DNA from: the human T2T-CHM13v2.0 reference genome, Homo sapiens
Direction: 5' to 3' (one strand)
NCBI RefSeq assembly: GCF_009914755.1
Contig: NC_060948.1
DNA: 64,000 nucleotides
This document shows positions 13,101 to 28,500 of the stretch, piece after piece. The translations under genes were made by a program, and so were the position numbers. The notes under the pieces are model-generated. The model searched no databases. It was not told the DNA's origin and saw nothing but the letters and a program-made list of their open reading frames with translations. Each line of letters begins with the position of its first letter. Within the stretch, counting starts at the first letter, position 1.

Positions 13101-16100
13101 AATGGAATTAAATGGAAATGAATCAAATTGAATAGCACGGAATTGAATTGAATGGAATGCAATGCAATGGAATCTAATGAAACGGAAAGGAAAGGAATGG
13201 AATGGAATGGAATGGGCTGGAATGGAAAGGAATCGAAACGAATGGAATGGAATCGAACTGAAGAGACTGGAATTGAATGCACTGGAATGGAAGGGAGTGT
13301 AATGGAAGGTTCTCGAAAAAAATGGAATCGAATGGAATGGAATTGAATGGAACGGAATAGAGTCGAATGGAATTGAATGGAATGGAATGGACTAGAGTGA
13401 AATGGAATCGAACCACAAGGAATGGACAGGAATAGAATGGTCTCGAATTGAATGGAATCGTATGGAATGGCATCAAACGGAATGGAATGGACAGCCACGG
13501 AATGGAATGCACTCGAATGCAATGGAGTCGAAACTAATGGACTGGAATAGAATGGACTCGACTGGTACGGACTCCAATGGAATGGAATCGAATGGAAGGG
13601 AATCGAACGGAATGGACTCGAAGGGAAAAGACTGCAATGGAAAGGTCTCGAATGGAATGGAAATTAATGGAATGGAATGGAATCGAATGAAATGGAGTCA
13701 AAAGGAATGGAATCGAATGGCAAGAAATCGAATGTAATGGAATCGCAAGGAATTGATGTGAACGGAACGGAATGGATTGGAATCCAAAGGAATGGAATAG
13801 AATGGAATGGAATCGAATGGAAAGGACTCGAATGGAAATCACTCGAATAGAATGCAATTTAATAAAATAGGATCAAATGTAATGGAATGGAATGGAAAGG
13901 AATCGAAACGAAAGGAATGGAGACAGATGGAATGGAATGGAACAGAGAGCAATGGTATAGAATGGAATGGAATCATCTGGAATGGAATTGAATGGAATGG
14001 AATAATATGAAATGGAATGGAATGGAATGGAATGGAATGCCCTTGAATTAAATGGACCGGACTCGAACAGAGTGGAATGGAAAGTGTTGAGATAGAATGG
14101 AATGGACTCCTTTGGAATGGTGTAGTATGCAATGCAATCGACTGGCAGGGAATCAAAAGGAATGTAATGGAATGGATTGGACTGGAATGCAATGGACTCG
14201 AATAGATTGGAAACGGAATGCAAAGGAATAGAATGGAATAGTATGGAATGGAATGGAAAGGAATGGAGTGGAATAGACTAGAGTGGAATGGAATGGACTG
14301 GAAAGCAATGGACTGGAATGGAACTTTCTTGAATGGACTGGAATCAAACGGAATGGAATGCAATGCAATCAAATGGCATGGAATAAAATAGAATGAAAGA
14401 GAATCAAATGGAATTGAATCGAATGGAATCGAATGGATTGGAAAGGAATAGAATGGAATGGAATGGAATTGACTCAAATGGAATGGACTAGAATGGAATG
14501 GATTCGAATGGAAGGCAAAGGAATGGAATCTATTGGAATGGACTGTAATGGAATGGAATGGAAGGGATTGGAATGGACTCGAATGGAATGGACTGCAATA
14601 GAAAGGACTCGAATGGAATGAAAAAGAATTGAATGGAATAGAACAGAATGGAATCAAATCGAATGAAATGGAATGGAATAGAAAGGAATGGAATGAAATG
14701 GAATGGAAAGGATTCGAATGGAATGCAATCGAATGGAATGGAATCGAACGGAATGGAATAAAATGGAAGAAAACTGGCAAGAAATGGAATCGAAAGGAAT
14801 GGAGTGTTATGGAACGGACTCAAAAGGAATTGAATGTAATAGAATGGAGTGGAGTGGACTCGAATATAATGGACTGGAATGGAATGAAATCACATGGAAT
14901 GGGAACGAATGGAATGGAATGGAAAGGAATGGAATCGAATGGAAAGGAATCGAATGGAAGGGAATGAAATTGAATCAACAGGAATGGAAGGGAATAGAAT
15001 AGACGGTAATGGAATGGACTCGAATAGAATGGACACGAATGCTCAAATTGAATGGACTCGAATGGAATGGAAACGAAAGGAATGTCATCGAATGGAATTG
15101 AATAGATTGGAATGAAATGGCATAGAATGGAGTGGAATCAAATGGAATTGAATCGAAAGGAAAGGAAGCGAATGGACTGAAATGAAATGGAATGGAATTG
15201 AATGGAAAGTAATGCAATGGAATAGAATGGAACGAAATTTCACGGAATGGAATCAAACTGAATGGAATCAAATCAATGGAATCTAATCAAATTTAATGGA
15301 AAGGAATTGAATGGAATACATTGGATTGGATGGGATTGGAATGAAATGTACTGGAAAGGACTCGAATTTCATGAAACGGAATGGAATGAATTGGAACGGA
15401 ATGGACTCGAATGGAATGGAATGTCATGGAATGGCATCAAATTGAATGGCATCAAATGGAATGGAATCGAATGCAATGGAATGCTATGGAATGGAATGGA
15501 ATGCATTGGAATGGAATGTCCTCTAATGGAATGGATTCGAGTGGAATGGAATCGAATATAATGGAGTCGAATGAAATGGAATTGAAAGGAATGGGATCGA
15601 ATACAATGGAATATACTGGAATGTAATGTAATGAACTCGAATGTAATTGACTGGAATGGAATGTACATGAATGGAATGTAATCGAATGGAAAGTAATCCA
15701 ATGGAATAGAATCTAATGCAATAAAATCGACTCAGATAGAGTAGAATGTAATGGAATGGAGTGCAGTGCAATGCAATTGAATGGAATGGAATGCAATGGA
15801 ATGGAATGGAATGGAATGGAATGGAATGGAATGGAATGGGATGGAATGGTATGGAATGGATAGTAATGGACTGGAGTGAAATGGACTGGAAAGGAATGGA
15901 CTCAAATTGAAAGGGCTCGAAAGGAATGGAGTCAAATGGAATGGTCTGGAATGGAATGAACACGAATGTAATGCAACCCAATAGAATGGAATCGAATGGC
16001 ATGGAATATAAAGAAATGGAATCGAAGAGAATGGAAACAAATGGAATGGAATTGAATGGAATGGGAACGAATGGAGTGAAATTGTATGCAGTAGAAGAGA

Positions 16101-16500
16101 ATAGAATGGAATGCAAGCGAAAGGAAAGGAATGGATTGGAATGGAATGGAATTCATTGGAATGGAAGGGAATGTAGTGTAATGGACAGGCCTGGAATAAA
16201 GTGGAATGCTACGGTCTCGAATGGAATAAAAATGTATGGAATGGAATGCAATGAAACGGAATCGAATGTCATAGAATGTAATGGAATGCAAAAAAATGGA
16301 ATCCAAAATCATTGACTGGAAAGGCTGGGTGTCGAAAGGAATTGACTCCAATGGAATGGAATCGAATGGAATGGAAGTGAATAGAATCGAACTAAATCGA
16401 ATGGAATGGAATTGATAGGAACGGAATGGAAAGGAATGCAATGATTTGGCATGGAATGGAATCGAATGGCATCGAATGGAATGGAATGGAATGCAATGGA
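7100..16500 (+). repeat. About 2.6 heterogeneous units with many private variants (class II)
   Basis: Anchors at 7340, 10889 and 14433. They lack class I markers and the later cgccagg / aactaacgg markers. Each has private changes (for example 8190-8215, 10541, 12376, 15100-15450). Boundaries are approximate. Confidence 0.65.
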
Positions 16501-19500
16501 ATGGAATGTATTAGAATGGAATGAACTTTAATGGAATGTACTCGAATGGATTCGACTGGAATGGAATGTTCTGGAAGTGAATGGACTCCAATGGAATGGA
16601 TTCAAAAGGAATGGAATCGTACGGAATGGAATCTAATGGAATGGAATTAAATGGAAATGAATCAAATTGAATAGCACGGAATTGAATTGAATGGAATGGA
16701 ATGCAATGGAATCTAATGAAACGGAAAGGAAAGGAATGGAATGGAATGGAATGGGCTGGAATGGAAAGGAATCGAAACGAATGGAATGGAATCGAAGTGA
16801 AGAGACTGGAATGGAATGCACTGGAATGGAAGGGAGTGTAATGGAAGGTTCTCGAAAAAAATGGAATCGAATGGAATGGAATTGAATGGAACGGAATAGA
16901 GTCGAATGGAATTGAATGGAATGGAATGGACTAGAGTGAAATGGAATCGAACCACAAGGAATGGACAGGAATAGAATGGTCTCGAATTGAATGGAATCGT
17001 ATGGAATGGCATCAAACGGAATGGAATGGACAGCCACGGAATGGAATGCACTCGAATGCAATGGAGTCGAAACTAATGGACTGGAATAGAATGGACTCGA
17101 CTGGTACGGACTCCAATGGAATGGAATCGAATGGAAGGGAATCGAACGGAAGGGAATCGAACGGAATGGACTCGAAGGGAAAAGACTGCAATGGAAAGGT
17201 CTCGAATGGAATGGAAATTAATGGAATGGAATGGAATCGAATGAAATGGAGTCAAAAGTAATGGAATCGAATGGCAAGAAATCGAATGTAATGGAATCGC
17301 CAGGAATTGATGTGAACGGAACGGAATGGAATGGAATCCAAAGGAATGGAATAGAATGGAATGGAATCGAATGGAAAGGACTCGAATGGAAATCACTCGA
17401 ATAGAATGCAATTTAATAAAATAGGATCAAATGTAATGGAATGGAATGGAAAGGAATCGAAACGAAAGGAATGGAGACAGATGGAATGGAATGGAACAGA
17501 GAGCAATGGTATAGAATGGAATGGAATCATCTGGAATGGAATTGAATTTAATGGAATAATATGAAATGGAATGGAATGGAATGGAATGGAATGCCCTTGA
17601 ATTAAATGGACTGGAATGGAATGGACTCAAACAGAGTGGAATGGAAAGTGTGGAGATAGAATGGAATGAACTCCTTTGGAATGGTGTAGTATGCAATGCA
17701 ATCGACTGGCAGGGAATCAAAAGGAATGTAATCGAATGGATTGGACTGGAATGCAATGGACTCGAATAGATTGGAAACGGAATGCAAAGGAATGGAATGG
17801 AATAGTATGTAATGCAATGGAAGGGAATGGAGTGGAATAGACTAGAGTGGAATGGAATGTACTGGAAAGCAATGGACTGGAATGGAACTTTCTTGGATGG
17901 ACTGGAATCAAACGGAATGGAATGCAATGCAATCAAATGGCATGGAATAAAATAGAATGAAAGAGAATCAAATGGAATTGAATCGAATGGAATCGAATGG
18001 ATTGGAAAGGAATAGAATGGAATGAAATGGTATTGACTCAAATGGAATGGACTAGAATGGAATGGATTCGAATGGAAGGCAAAGGAAAGGAATCTATTGG
18101 AATGGACTGTAATGGAATGGAATGGAAGGGATTGGAATGGACTCGAATGGAATGGACTGCAATAGAAAGGATTCGAATGGAATGAAAAAGAATTGAATGG
18201 AATAGAACAGAATGGAATCAAATCGAATGAAATGGAATGGAATAGAAAGGAATGGAATGAAATGGAATGGAAAGGATTCGAATGGAATGCAATCGAATGG
18301 AATGGAATCGAACGGAATGGAATAAAATGGAAGAAAACTGGCAAGAAATGGAATCGAAATGAATGGAGTGTTATGGAACGGACTCAAAAGGAATTGAATG
18401 TAACAGAATGGAGTGGAGTGGACTCGAATATAATGGAGTGGAATGGAATGAAATCACATGGAATGGGAACGAATGGAATGGAATGGAAAGGAATGGAATC
18501 AAATGGAAAGGAATCGAATGGAAGGTAATGAAATTGAATCAACAGGAATGGAAGGGAATAGAATAGACTGTAATGGAATGGACTCGAATAGAATGGACAC
18601 GAATGCTCAAATTAAATGGACTCGAATGGAATGGAAACGAAAGGAATGTCATCGAATGGAATTGAATCGATTGGAATGAAATCGCATAGAATGGAGTGGA
18701 ATCAAATGGAATTGAATCGAAAGGAAAGGAAGCGAATGGACTGAAATGAAATGGAATGGAATTGAATGGAAAGTAATGCAATGGAATAGAATGGAACGAA
18801 ATTTCACGGAATGGAATCAAACTGAATGGAATCAAATCAATGGAATCAAATCAAATGGAATGGAAAGGAATTGAATGGAGTAGATGGGATTGGATGGGAT
18901 TGGAATGAAATGTACTGGAAAGGACTCGAATTTCATGAAACGGAATGGAATGAATTGGAACGGAATGGACTCGAATGGAATGGAATGTCATGGGATGGCA
19001 TCAAATGGAATGGCATCAAATGGAATGGAATCGAATGCAATGGAATGCTATGGAATGGAATGGAATGCATTGGAATGGAATGTCCTCTAATGGAATGGAT
19101 TCGAGTGGAATGGAATTGAATATAATGGAGTCGAATGAAATGGAATTGAAAGGAATGGGATCGAATAGAATGGAATATACTGGAATGTAACGTAATGAAC
19201 TCGAATGTAATTGACTGGAATGGAATGTACATGAATGGAATGTAATCGAATGGAAAGTAATCCAATGGAATAGAATCTAATGCAATAAAATCGACTCAGA
19301 TAGAGTAGAATGTAATGGAATGGAGTGCAGTGCAATGGAATGGAATGGAATGGAATGGAATGGGATGGAATGGTATGGAATGGATAGTAATGGACTGGAG
19401 TGAAATGGACTGGAAAGGAATGGACTCAAATTGAAAGGGCTCGAAAGGAATGGAGTCAAATGGAATGGTCTGGAATGGAATGAACACGAATGTAATGCAA

Positions 19501-22500
19501 CCCAATAGAATGGAATCGAATGGCATGGAATATAAAGAAATGGAATCGAAGAGAATGGAAACAAATGGAATGGAATTGAATGGAATGGGAACGAATGGAG
19601 TGAAATTGTATGCAGTAGAAGAGAATAGAATGGAATGCAAGCGAAAGGAAAGGAATGGATTGGAATGGAATGGAATTCATTGGAATGGAAGGGAATGTAG
19701 TGTAATGGACAGGCCTGGAATAAAGTGGAATGCTACGGTCTCGAATGGAATAAAAATGTATGGAATGGAATGCAATGAAACGGAATCGAATGTCATAGAA
19801 TGTAATGGAATGCAAAAAAATGGAATCCAAAATCATTGACTGGAAAGGCTGGGTGTCGAAAGGAATTGACTCCAATGGAATGGAATCGAATGGAATGGAA
19901 GTGAATAGAATCGAACTAAATCGAATGGAATGGAATTGATAGGAACGGAATGGAAAGGAATGCAATGATTTGGCATGGAATGGAATCGAATGGCATCGAA
20001 TGGAATGGAATGGAATGCAATGGAATGGAATGTATTAGAATGTAATGAACTTTAATGGAATGTACTCGAATGGATTCGACTGGAATGGAATGTTCTGGAA
20101 GTGAATGGACTCCAATGGAATGGATTCAAAAGGAATGGAATCGTACGGAATGGAATCTAATGGAATGGAATTAAATGGAAATGAATCAAATTGAATAGCA
20201 CGGAATTGAATTGAATGGAATGGAATGCAATGGAATCTAATGAAACGGAAAGGAAAGGAATGGAATGGAATGGGCTGGAATGGAAAGGAATCGAAACGAA
20301 TGGAATGGAATCGAAGTGAAGAGACTGGAATGGAATGCACTGGAATGGAAGGGAGTGTAATGGAAGGTTCTCGAAAAAAATGGAATCGAATGGAATGGAA
20401 TTGAATGGAACGGAATAGAGTCGAATGGAATTGAATGGAATGGAATGGACCAGAGTGAAATGGAATGGAACCACAAGGAATGGACAGGAATAGAATGGTC
20501 TCGAATTGAATGGAATCGTATGGAATGGCATCAAACGGAATGGAATGGACAGCCACGGAATGGAATGCACTCGAATGCAATGGAGTCGAAACTAATGGAC
20601 TGGAATAGAATGGACTCGACTGGTACGGACTCCAATGGAATGGAATCGAATGGAAGGGAATGGAACGGAAGGGAATCGAACGGAATGGACTCGAAGGGAA
20701 AAGACTGCAATGGAAAGGTCTCGAATGGAATGGAAATTAATGGAATGGAATGGAATCGAATGAAATGGAGTCAAAAGGAATGGAATCGAATGGCAAGAAA
20801 TCGAATGTAATGGAATCGCCAGGAATTGATGTGAACGGAACGGAATGGAATGGAATCCAAAGGAATGGAATAGAATGGAATGGAATCGAATGGAAAGGAC
20901 TCGAATGGAAATCACTCGAATAGAATGCAATTTAATAAAATAGGATCAAATGTAATGGAATGGAATGGAAAGGAATCGAAACGAAAGGAATGGAGACAGA
21001 TGGAATGGAATGGAACAGAGAGCAATGGTATAGAATGGAATGGAATCATCTGGAATGGAATTGAATGGAATGGAATAATATGAAATGGAATGGAATGGAA
21101 TGGAATGGAATGCCCTTGAATTAAATGGACTGGAATGGAATGGACTCAAACAGAGTGGAATGGAAAGTGTGGAGATAGAATGGAATGAACTCCTTTGGAA
21201 TGGTGTAGTATGCAATGCAATCGACTGGCAGGGAATCAAAAGGAATGTAATCGAATGGATTGGACTGGAATGCAATGGACTCGAATAGATTGGAAACGGA
21301 ATGCAAAGGAATGGAATGGAATAGTATGGAATGCAATGGAAGGGAATGGAGTGGAATAGACTAGAGTGGAATGGAATGGACTGGAAAGCAATGGACTGGA
21401 ATGGAACTTTCTTGGATGGACTGGAATCAAACGGAATGGAATGCAATGCAATCAAATGGCATGGAATAAAATAGAATGAAAGAGAATCAAATGGAATTGA
21501 ATCGAATGGAATCGAATGGATTGGAAAGGAATAGAATGGAATGGAATGGTATTGACTCAAATGGAATGGACTAGAATGGAATGGATTCGAATGGAAGGCA
21601 AAGGAAAGGAATCTATTGGAATGGACTGTAATGGAATGGAATGGAAGGGATTGGAATGGACTCGAATGGAATGGACTGCAATAGAAAGGATTCGAATGGA
21701 ATGAAAAAGAATTGAATGGAATAGAACAGAATGGAATCAAATCGAATGAAATGGAATGGAATAGAAAGGAATGGAATGAAATGGAATGGAAAGGATTCGA
21801 ATGGAATGCAATCGAATGGAATGGAATCGAACGGAATGGAATAAAATGGAAGAAAACTGGCAAGAAATGGAATCAAAATGAATGGAGTGTTATGGAACGG
21901 ACTCAAAAGGAATTGAATGTAACAGAATGGAGTGGAGTGGACTCGAATATAATGGAGTGGAATGGAATGAAATCACATGGAATGGGAACGAATGGAATGG
22001 AATGGAAAGGAATGGAATCGAATGGAAAGGAATCGAATGGAAGGTAATGAAATTGAATCAACAGGAATGGAATGGAATAGAATAGACTGTAATGGAATGG
22101 ACTCGAATAGAATGGACACGAATGCTCAAATTAAATGGACTCGAATGGAATGGAAACGAAAGGAATGTCATCGAATGGAATTGAATCGATTGGACTGAAA
22201 TCGCATAGAATGGAGTGGAATCAAATGGAATTGAATCGAAAGGAAAGGAAGCGAATGGACTGAAATGAAATGGAATGGAATTGAATGGAAAGTAATGCAA
22301 TGGAATAGAATGGAACGAAATTTCACGGAATGGAATCAAACTGAATGGAATCAAATCAATGGAATCAAATCAAATGGAATGGAAAGGAATTGAATGGAGT
22401 AGATGGGATTGGATGGGATTGGAATGAAATGTACTGGAAAGGACTCGAATTTCATGAAACGGAATGGAATGAATTGGAACGGAATGGACTCGAATGGAAT

Positions 22501-25500
22501 GGAATGTCATGGGATGGCATCAAATGGAATGGCATCAAATGGAATGGAATCGAATGCAATGGAATGCTATGGAATGGAATGGAATGCATTGGAATGGAAT
22601 GTCCTCTAATGGAATGGATTCGAGTGGAATGGAATTGAATATAATGGAGTCGAATGAAATGGAATTGAAAGGAATGGGATCGAATACAATGGAATATACT
22701 GGAATCTAACGTAATGAACTCGAATGTAATTGACTGGAATGGAATGTACATGAATGGAATGTAATCGAATGCAAAGTAATCCAATGGAATAGAATCTAAT
22801 GCAATAAAATCGACTCAGATAGAGTAGAATGTAATGGAATGGAGTGCAGTGCAATGGAATGGAATGGAATGGAATGCAATGGAATGGAATGGAATGGAAT
22901 GGAATGGAATGGAATGGAATGGGATGGAATGGTATGGAATGGATAGTAATGGACTGGAGTGAAATGGACTGGAAAGGAATGGACTCAAATTGAAAGGGCT
23001 CGAAAGGAATGGAGTCAAATGGAATGGTCTGGAATGGAATGAACACGAATGTAATGCAACCCAATAGAATGGAATCGAATGGCATGGAATATAAAGAAAT
23101 GGAATCGAAGAGAATGGAAACAAATGGAATGGAATTGAATGGAATGGAATTGAATGGAATGGGAACGAATGGAGTGAAATTGTATGCAGTAGAAGAGAAT
23201 AGAATGGAATGCAAGCGAAAGGAAAGGAATGGATTGGAATGGAATGGAATTCATTGGAATGGAAGGGAATGTAGTGTAATGGACAGGCCTGGAATAAAGT
23301 GGAATGCTACGGTCTCGAATGGAATAAAAATGTATGGAATGGAATGCAATGAAACGGAATCGAATGTCATAGAATGTAATGGAATGCAACAAAATGGAAT
23401 CCAAAATCATTGACTGGAAAGGCTGGGTGTCGAAAGGAATTGACTCCAATGGAATGGAATCGAATGGAATGGAAGTGAATAGAATCGAACTAAATCGAAT
23501 GGAATGGAATTGATAGGAACGGAATGGAAAGGAATGCAATGATTTGGCATGGAATGGAATCGAATGGCATCGAATGGAATGGAATGGAATGCAATGGAAT
23601 GGAATGTATTAGAATGTAATGAACTTTAATGGAATGTACTCGAATGGATTCGACTGGAATGGAATGTTCTGGAAGTGAATGGACTCCAATGGAATGGATT
23701 CAAAAGGAATGGAATCGTACGGAATGGAATCTAATGGAATGGAATTAAATGGAAATGAATCAAATTGAATAGCACGGAATTGAATTGAATGGAATGGAAT
23801 GCAATGGAATCTAATGAAACGGAAAGGAAAGGAATGGAATGGAATGGAATGGGCTGGAATGGAAAGGAATCGAAACGAATGGAATGGAATCGAAGTGAAG
23901 AGACTGGAATGGAATGCACTGGAATGGAAGGGAGTGTAATGGAAGGTTCTCGAAAAAAATGGAATCGAATGGAATGGAATTGAATGGAACGGAATAGAGT
24001 CGAATGGAATTGAATGGAATGGAATGGACTAGAGTGAAATGGAATCGAACAACAAGGAATGGACAGGAATAGAATGGTCTCGAATTGAATGGAATCGTAT
24101 GGAATGGCATCAAACGGAATGGAATGGACAGCCACGGAATGGAATGCACTCGAATGCAATGGAGTCGAAACTAATGGACTGGAATAGAATGGACTCGACT
24201 GGTACGGACTCCAATGGAATGGAATCGAATGGAAGGGAATCGAACGGAATGGACTCGAAGGGAAAAGACTGCAATGGAAAGGTCTCGAATGGAATGGAAA
24301 TTAATGGAATGGAATGGAATCGAATGAAATGGAGTCAAAAGGAATGGAATCGAATGGCAAGAAATCGAATGTAATGGAATCGCCAGGAATTGATGTGAAC
24401 GGAACGGAATGGAATGGAATCCAAAGGAATGGAATAGAATGGAATGGAATCGAATGGAAAGGACTCGAATGGAAATCACTCGAATAGAATGCAATTTAAT
24501 AAAATAGGATCAAATGTAATGGAATGGAATGGAAAGGAATCGAAACGAAAGGAATGGAGACAGATGGAATGGAATGGAACAGAGAGCAATGGTATAGAAT
24601 GGAATGGAATCATCTGGAATGGAATTGAATGGAATGGAATAATATGAAATGGAATGGAATGGAATGGAATGGAATGCCCTTGAATTAAATGGACTGGAAT
24701 GGAATGGACTCAAACAGAGTGGAATGGAAAGTGTGGAGATAGAATGGAATGAAATCCTTTGGAATGGTGTAGTATGCAATGCAATCGACTGGCAGGGAAT
24801 CAAAAGGAATGTAATGGAATGGATTGGACTGGAATGCAATGGACTCGAATAGATTGGAAACGGAATGCAAAGGAATGGAATGGAATAGTATGTAATGCAA
24901 TGGAAGGGAATGGAGTGGAATAGACTAGAGTGGAATGGAATGTACTGGAAAGCAATGGACTGGAATGGAACTTTCTTGGATGGACTGGAATCAAACGGAA
25001 TGGAATGCAATGCAATCAAATGGCATGGAATAAAATAGAATGAAAGAGAATCAAATGGAATTGAATCGAATGAAATCGAATGGATTGGAAAGGAATAGAA
25101 TGGAATGGAATGGTATTGACTCAAATGGAATGGACTAGAATGGAATGGATTCGAATGGAAGGCAAAGGAAAGGAATCTATTGGAATGGACTGTAATGGAA
25201 TGGAATGGAAGGGATTGGAATGGACTCGAATGGAATGGACTGCAATAGAAAGGATTCGAATGGAATGAAAAAGAATTGAATGGAATAGAACAGAATGGAA
25301 TCAAATCGAATGAAATGGAATGGAATAGAAAGGAATGGAATGAAATGGAATGGAAAGGATTCGAATGGAATGCAATCGAATGGAATGGAATCGAACGGAA
25401 TGGAATAAAATGGAAGAAAACTGGCAAGAAATGGAATCGAAATGAATGGAGTGTTATGGAACGGACTCAAAAGGAATTGAATGTAACAGAATGGAGTGGA

Positions 25501-28500
25501 GTGGACTCGAATATAATGGAGTGGAATGGAATGAAATCACATGGAATGGGAACGAATGGAATGGAATGGAAAGGAATGGAATCGAATGGAAAGGAATCGA
25601 ATGGAAGGTAATGAAATTGAATCAACAGGAATGGAAGGGAATAGAATAAACTGTAATGGAATGGACTCGAATAGAATGGACACGAATGCTCAAATTAAAT
25701 GGACTCGAATGGAATGGAAACGAAAGGAATGTCATCGAATGGAATTGAATCGATTGGAATGAAATCGCATAGAATGGAGTGGAATCAAATGGAATTGAAT
25801 CGAAAGGAAAGGAAGCGAATGGACTGAAATGAAATGGAATGGAATTGAATGGAAAGTAATGCAATGGAATAGAATGGAACGAAATTTCACGGAATGGAAT
25901 CAAACTGAATGGAATCAAATCAATGGAATCAAATCAAATGGAATGGAAAGGAATTGAATGGAGTAGATGGGATTGGATGGGATTGGAATGAAATGTACTG
26001 GAAAGGACTCGAATTTCATGAAACGGAATGGAATGAATTGGAACGGAATGGACTCGAATGGAATGGAATGTCATGGGATGGCATCAAATGGAATGGCATC
26101 AAATGGAATGGAATCGAATGCAATGGAATGCTATGGAATGGAATGGAATGCATTGGAATGGAATGTCCTCTAATGGAATGGATTCGAGTGGAATGGAATT
26201 GAATATAATGGAGTCGAATGAAATGGAATTGAAAGGAATGGGATCGAATACAATGGAATATACTGGAATGTAAGGTAATGAACTCGAATGTAATTGACTG
26301 GAATGGAATGTACATGAATGGAATGTAATCGAATGGAAAGTAATCCAATGGAATAGAATCTAATGCAATAAAATCGACTCAGATAGAGTAGAATGTAATG
26401 GAATGGAGTGCAGTGCAATGGAATGGAATGGAATGGAATGCAATGGAATGGAATGGAATGGAATGGAATGGAATGGAATGGAATGGAATGGGATGGAATG
26501 GTATGGAATGGATAGTAATGGACTGGAGTGAAATGGACTGGAAAGGAATGGACTCAAATTGAAAGGGCTCGAAAGGAATGGAGTCAAATGGAATGGTCTG
26601 GAATGGAATGAACACGAATGTAATGCAACCCAATAGAATGGAATCGAATGGCATGGAATATAAAGAAATGGAATCGAAGAGAATGGAAACAAATGGAATG
26701 GAATTGAATGGAATGGGAACGAATGGAGTGAAATTGTATGCAGTAGAAGAGAATAGAATGGAATGCAAGCGAAAGGAAAGGAATGGATTGGAATGGAATG
26801 GAATTCATTGGAATGGAAGGGAATGTAGTGTAATGGACAGGCCTGGAATAAAGTGGAATGCTACGGTCTCGAATGGAATAAAAATGTATGGAATGGAATG
26901 CAATGAAACGGAATCGAATGTCATAGAATGTAATGGAATGCAAAAAAATGGAATCCAAAATCATTGACTGGAAAGGCTGGGTGTCGAAAGGAATTGACTC
27001 CAATGGAATGGAATCGAATGGAATGGAAGTGAATAGAATCGAACTAAATCGAATGGAATGGAATTGATAGGAACGGAATGGAAAGGAATGCAATGATTTG
27101 GCATGGAATGGAATCGAATGGCATCGAATGGAATGGAATGGAATGCAATGGAATGGAATGTATTAGAATGTAATGAACTTTAATGGAATGTACTCGAATG
27201 GATTCGACTGGAATGGAATGTTCTGGAAGTGAATGGACTCCAATGGAATGGATTCAAAAGGAATGGAATCGTACGGAATGGAATCTAATGGAATGGAATT
27301 AAATGGAAATGAATCAAATTGAATAGCACGGAATTGAATTGAATGGAATGGAATGCAATGGAATCTAATGAAACGGAAAGGAAAGGAATGGAATGGAATG
27401 GGCTGGAATGGAAAGGAATCGAAACGAATGGAATGGAATCGAAGTGAAGAGACTGGAATGGAATGCACTGGAATGGAAGGGAGTGTAATGGAAGGTTCTC
27501 GAAAAAAATGGAATCGAATGGAATGGAATTGAATGGAACGGAATAGAGTCGAATGGAATTGAATGGAATGGAATGGACCAGAGTGAAATGGAATCGAACC
27601 ACAAGGAATGGACAGGAATAGAATGGTCTCGAATTAAATGGAATCGTATGGAATGGCATCAAACGGAATGGAATGGACAGCCACGGAATGGAATGCACTC
27701 GAATGCAATGGAGTCGAAACTAATGGACTGGAATAGAATGGACTCGACTGGTACGGACTCCAATGGAATGGAATCGAATGGAAGGGAATCGAACAGAAGG
27801 GAATCGAACGGAATGGACTCGAAGGGAAAAGACTGCAATGGAAAGGTCTCGAATGGAATGGAAATTAATGGAATGGAATGGAATCGAATGAAATGGAGTC
27901 AAAAGGAATGGAATCGAATGGCAAGAAATCGAATGTAATGGAATCGCCAGGAATTGATGTGAACGGAACGGAATGGAATGGAATCCAAAGGAATGGAATA
28001 GAATGGAATGGAATCGAATGGAAAGGACTCGAATGGAAATCACTCGAATAGAATGCAATTTAATAAAATAGGATCAAATGTAATGGAATGGAATGGAAAG
28101 GAATCGAAACGAAAGGAATGGAGACAGATGGAATGGAATGGAACAGAGAGCAATGGTGTAGAATGGAATGGAATCATCTGGAATGGAATTGAATGGAATG
28201 GAATAATATGAAATGGAATGGAATGGAATGGAATGGAATGCCCTTGAATTAAATGGACTGGAATGGAATGGACTCAAACAGAGTGGAATGGAAAGTGTGG
28301 AGATAGAATGGAATGAACTCCTTTGGAATGGTGTAGTATGCAATGCAATCGACTGGCAGGGAATCAAAAGGAATGTAATCGAATGGATTGGACTGGAATG
28401 CAATGGACTCGAATAGATTGGAAACGGAATGCAAAGGAATGGAATGGAATAGTATGGAATGCAATGGAAGGGAATGGAGTGGAATAGACTAGAGTGGAAT

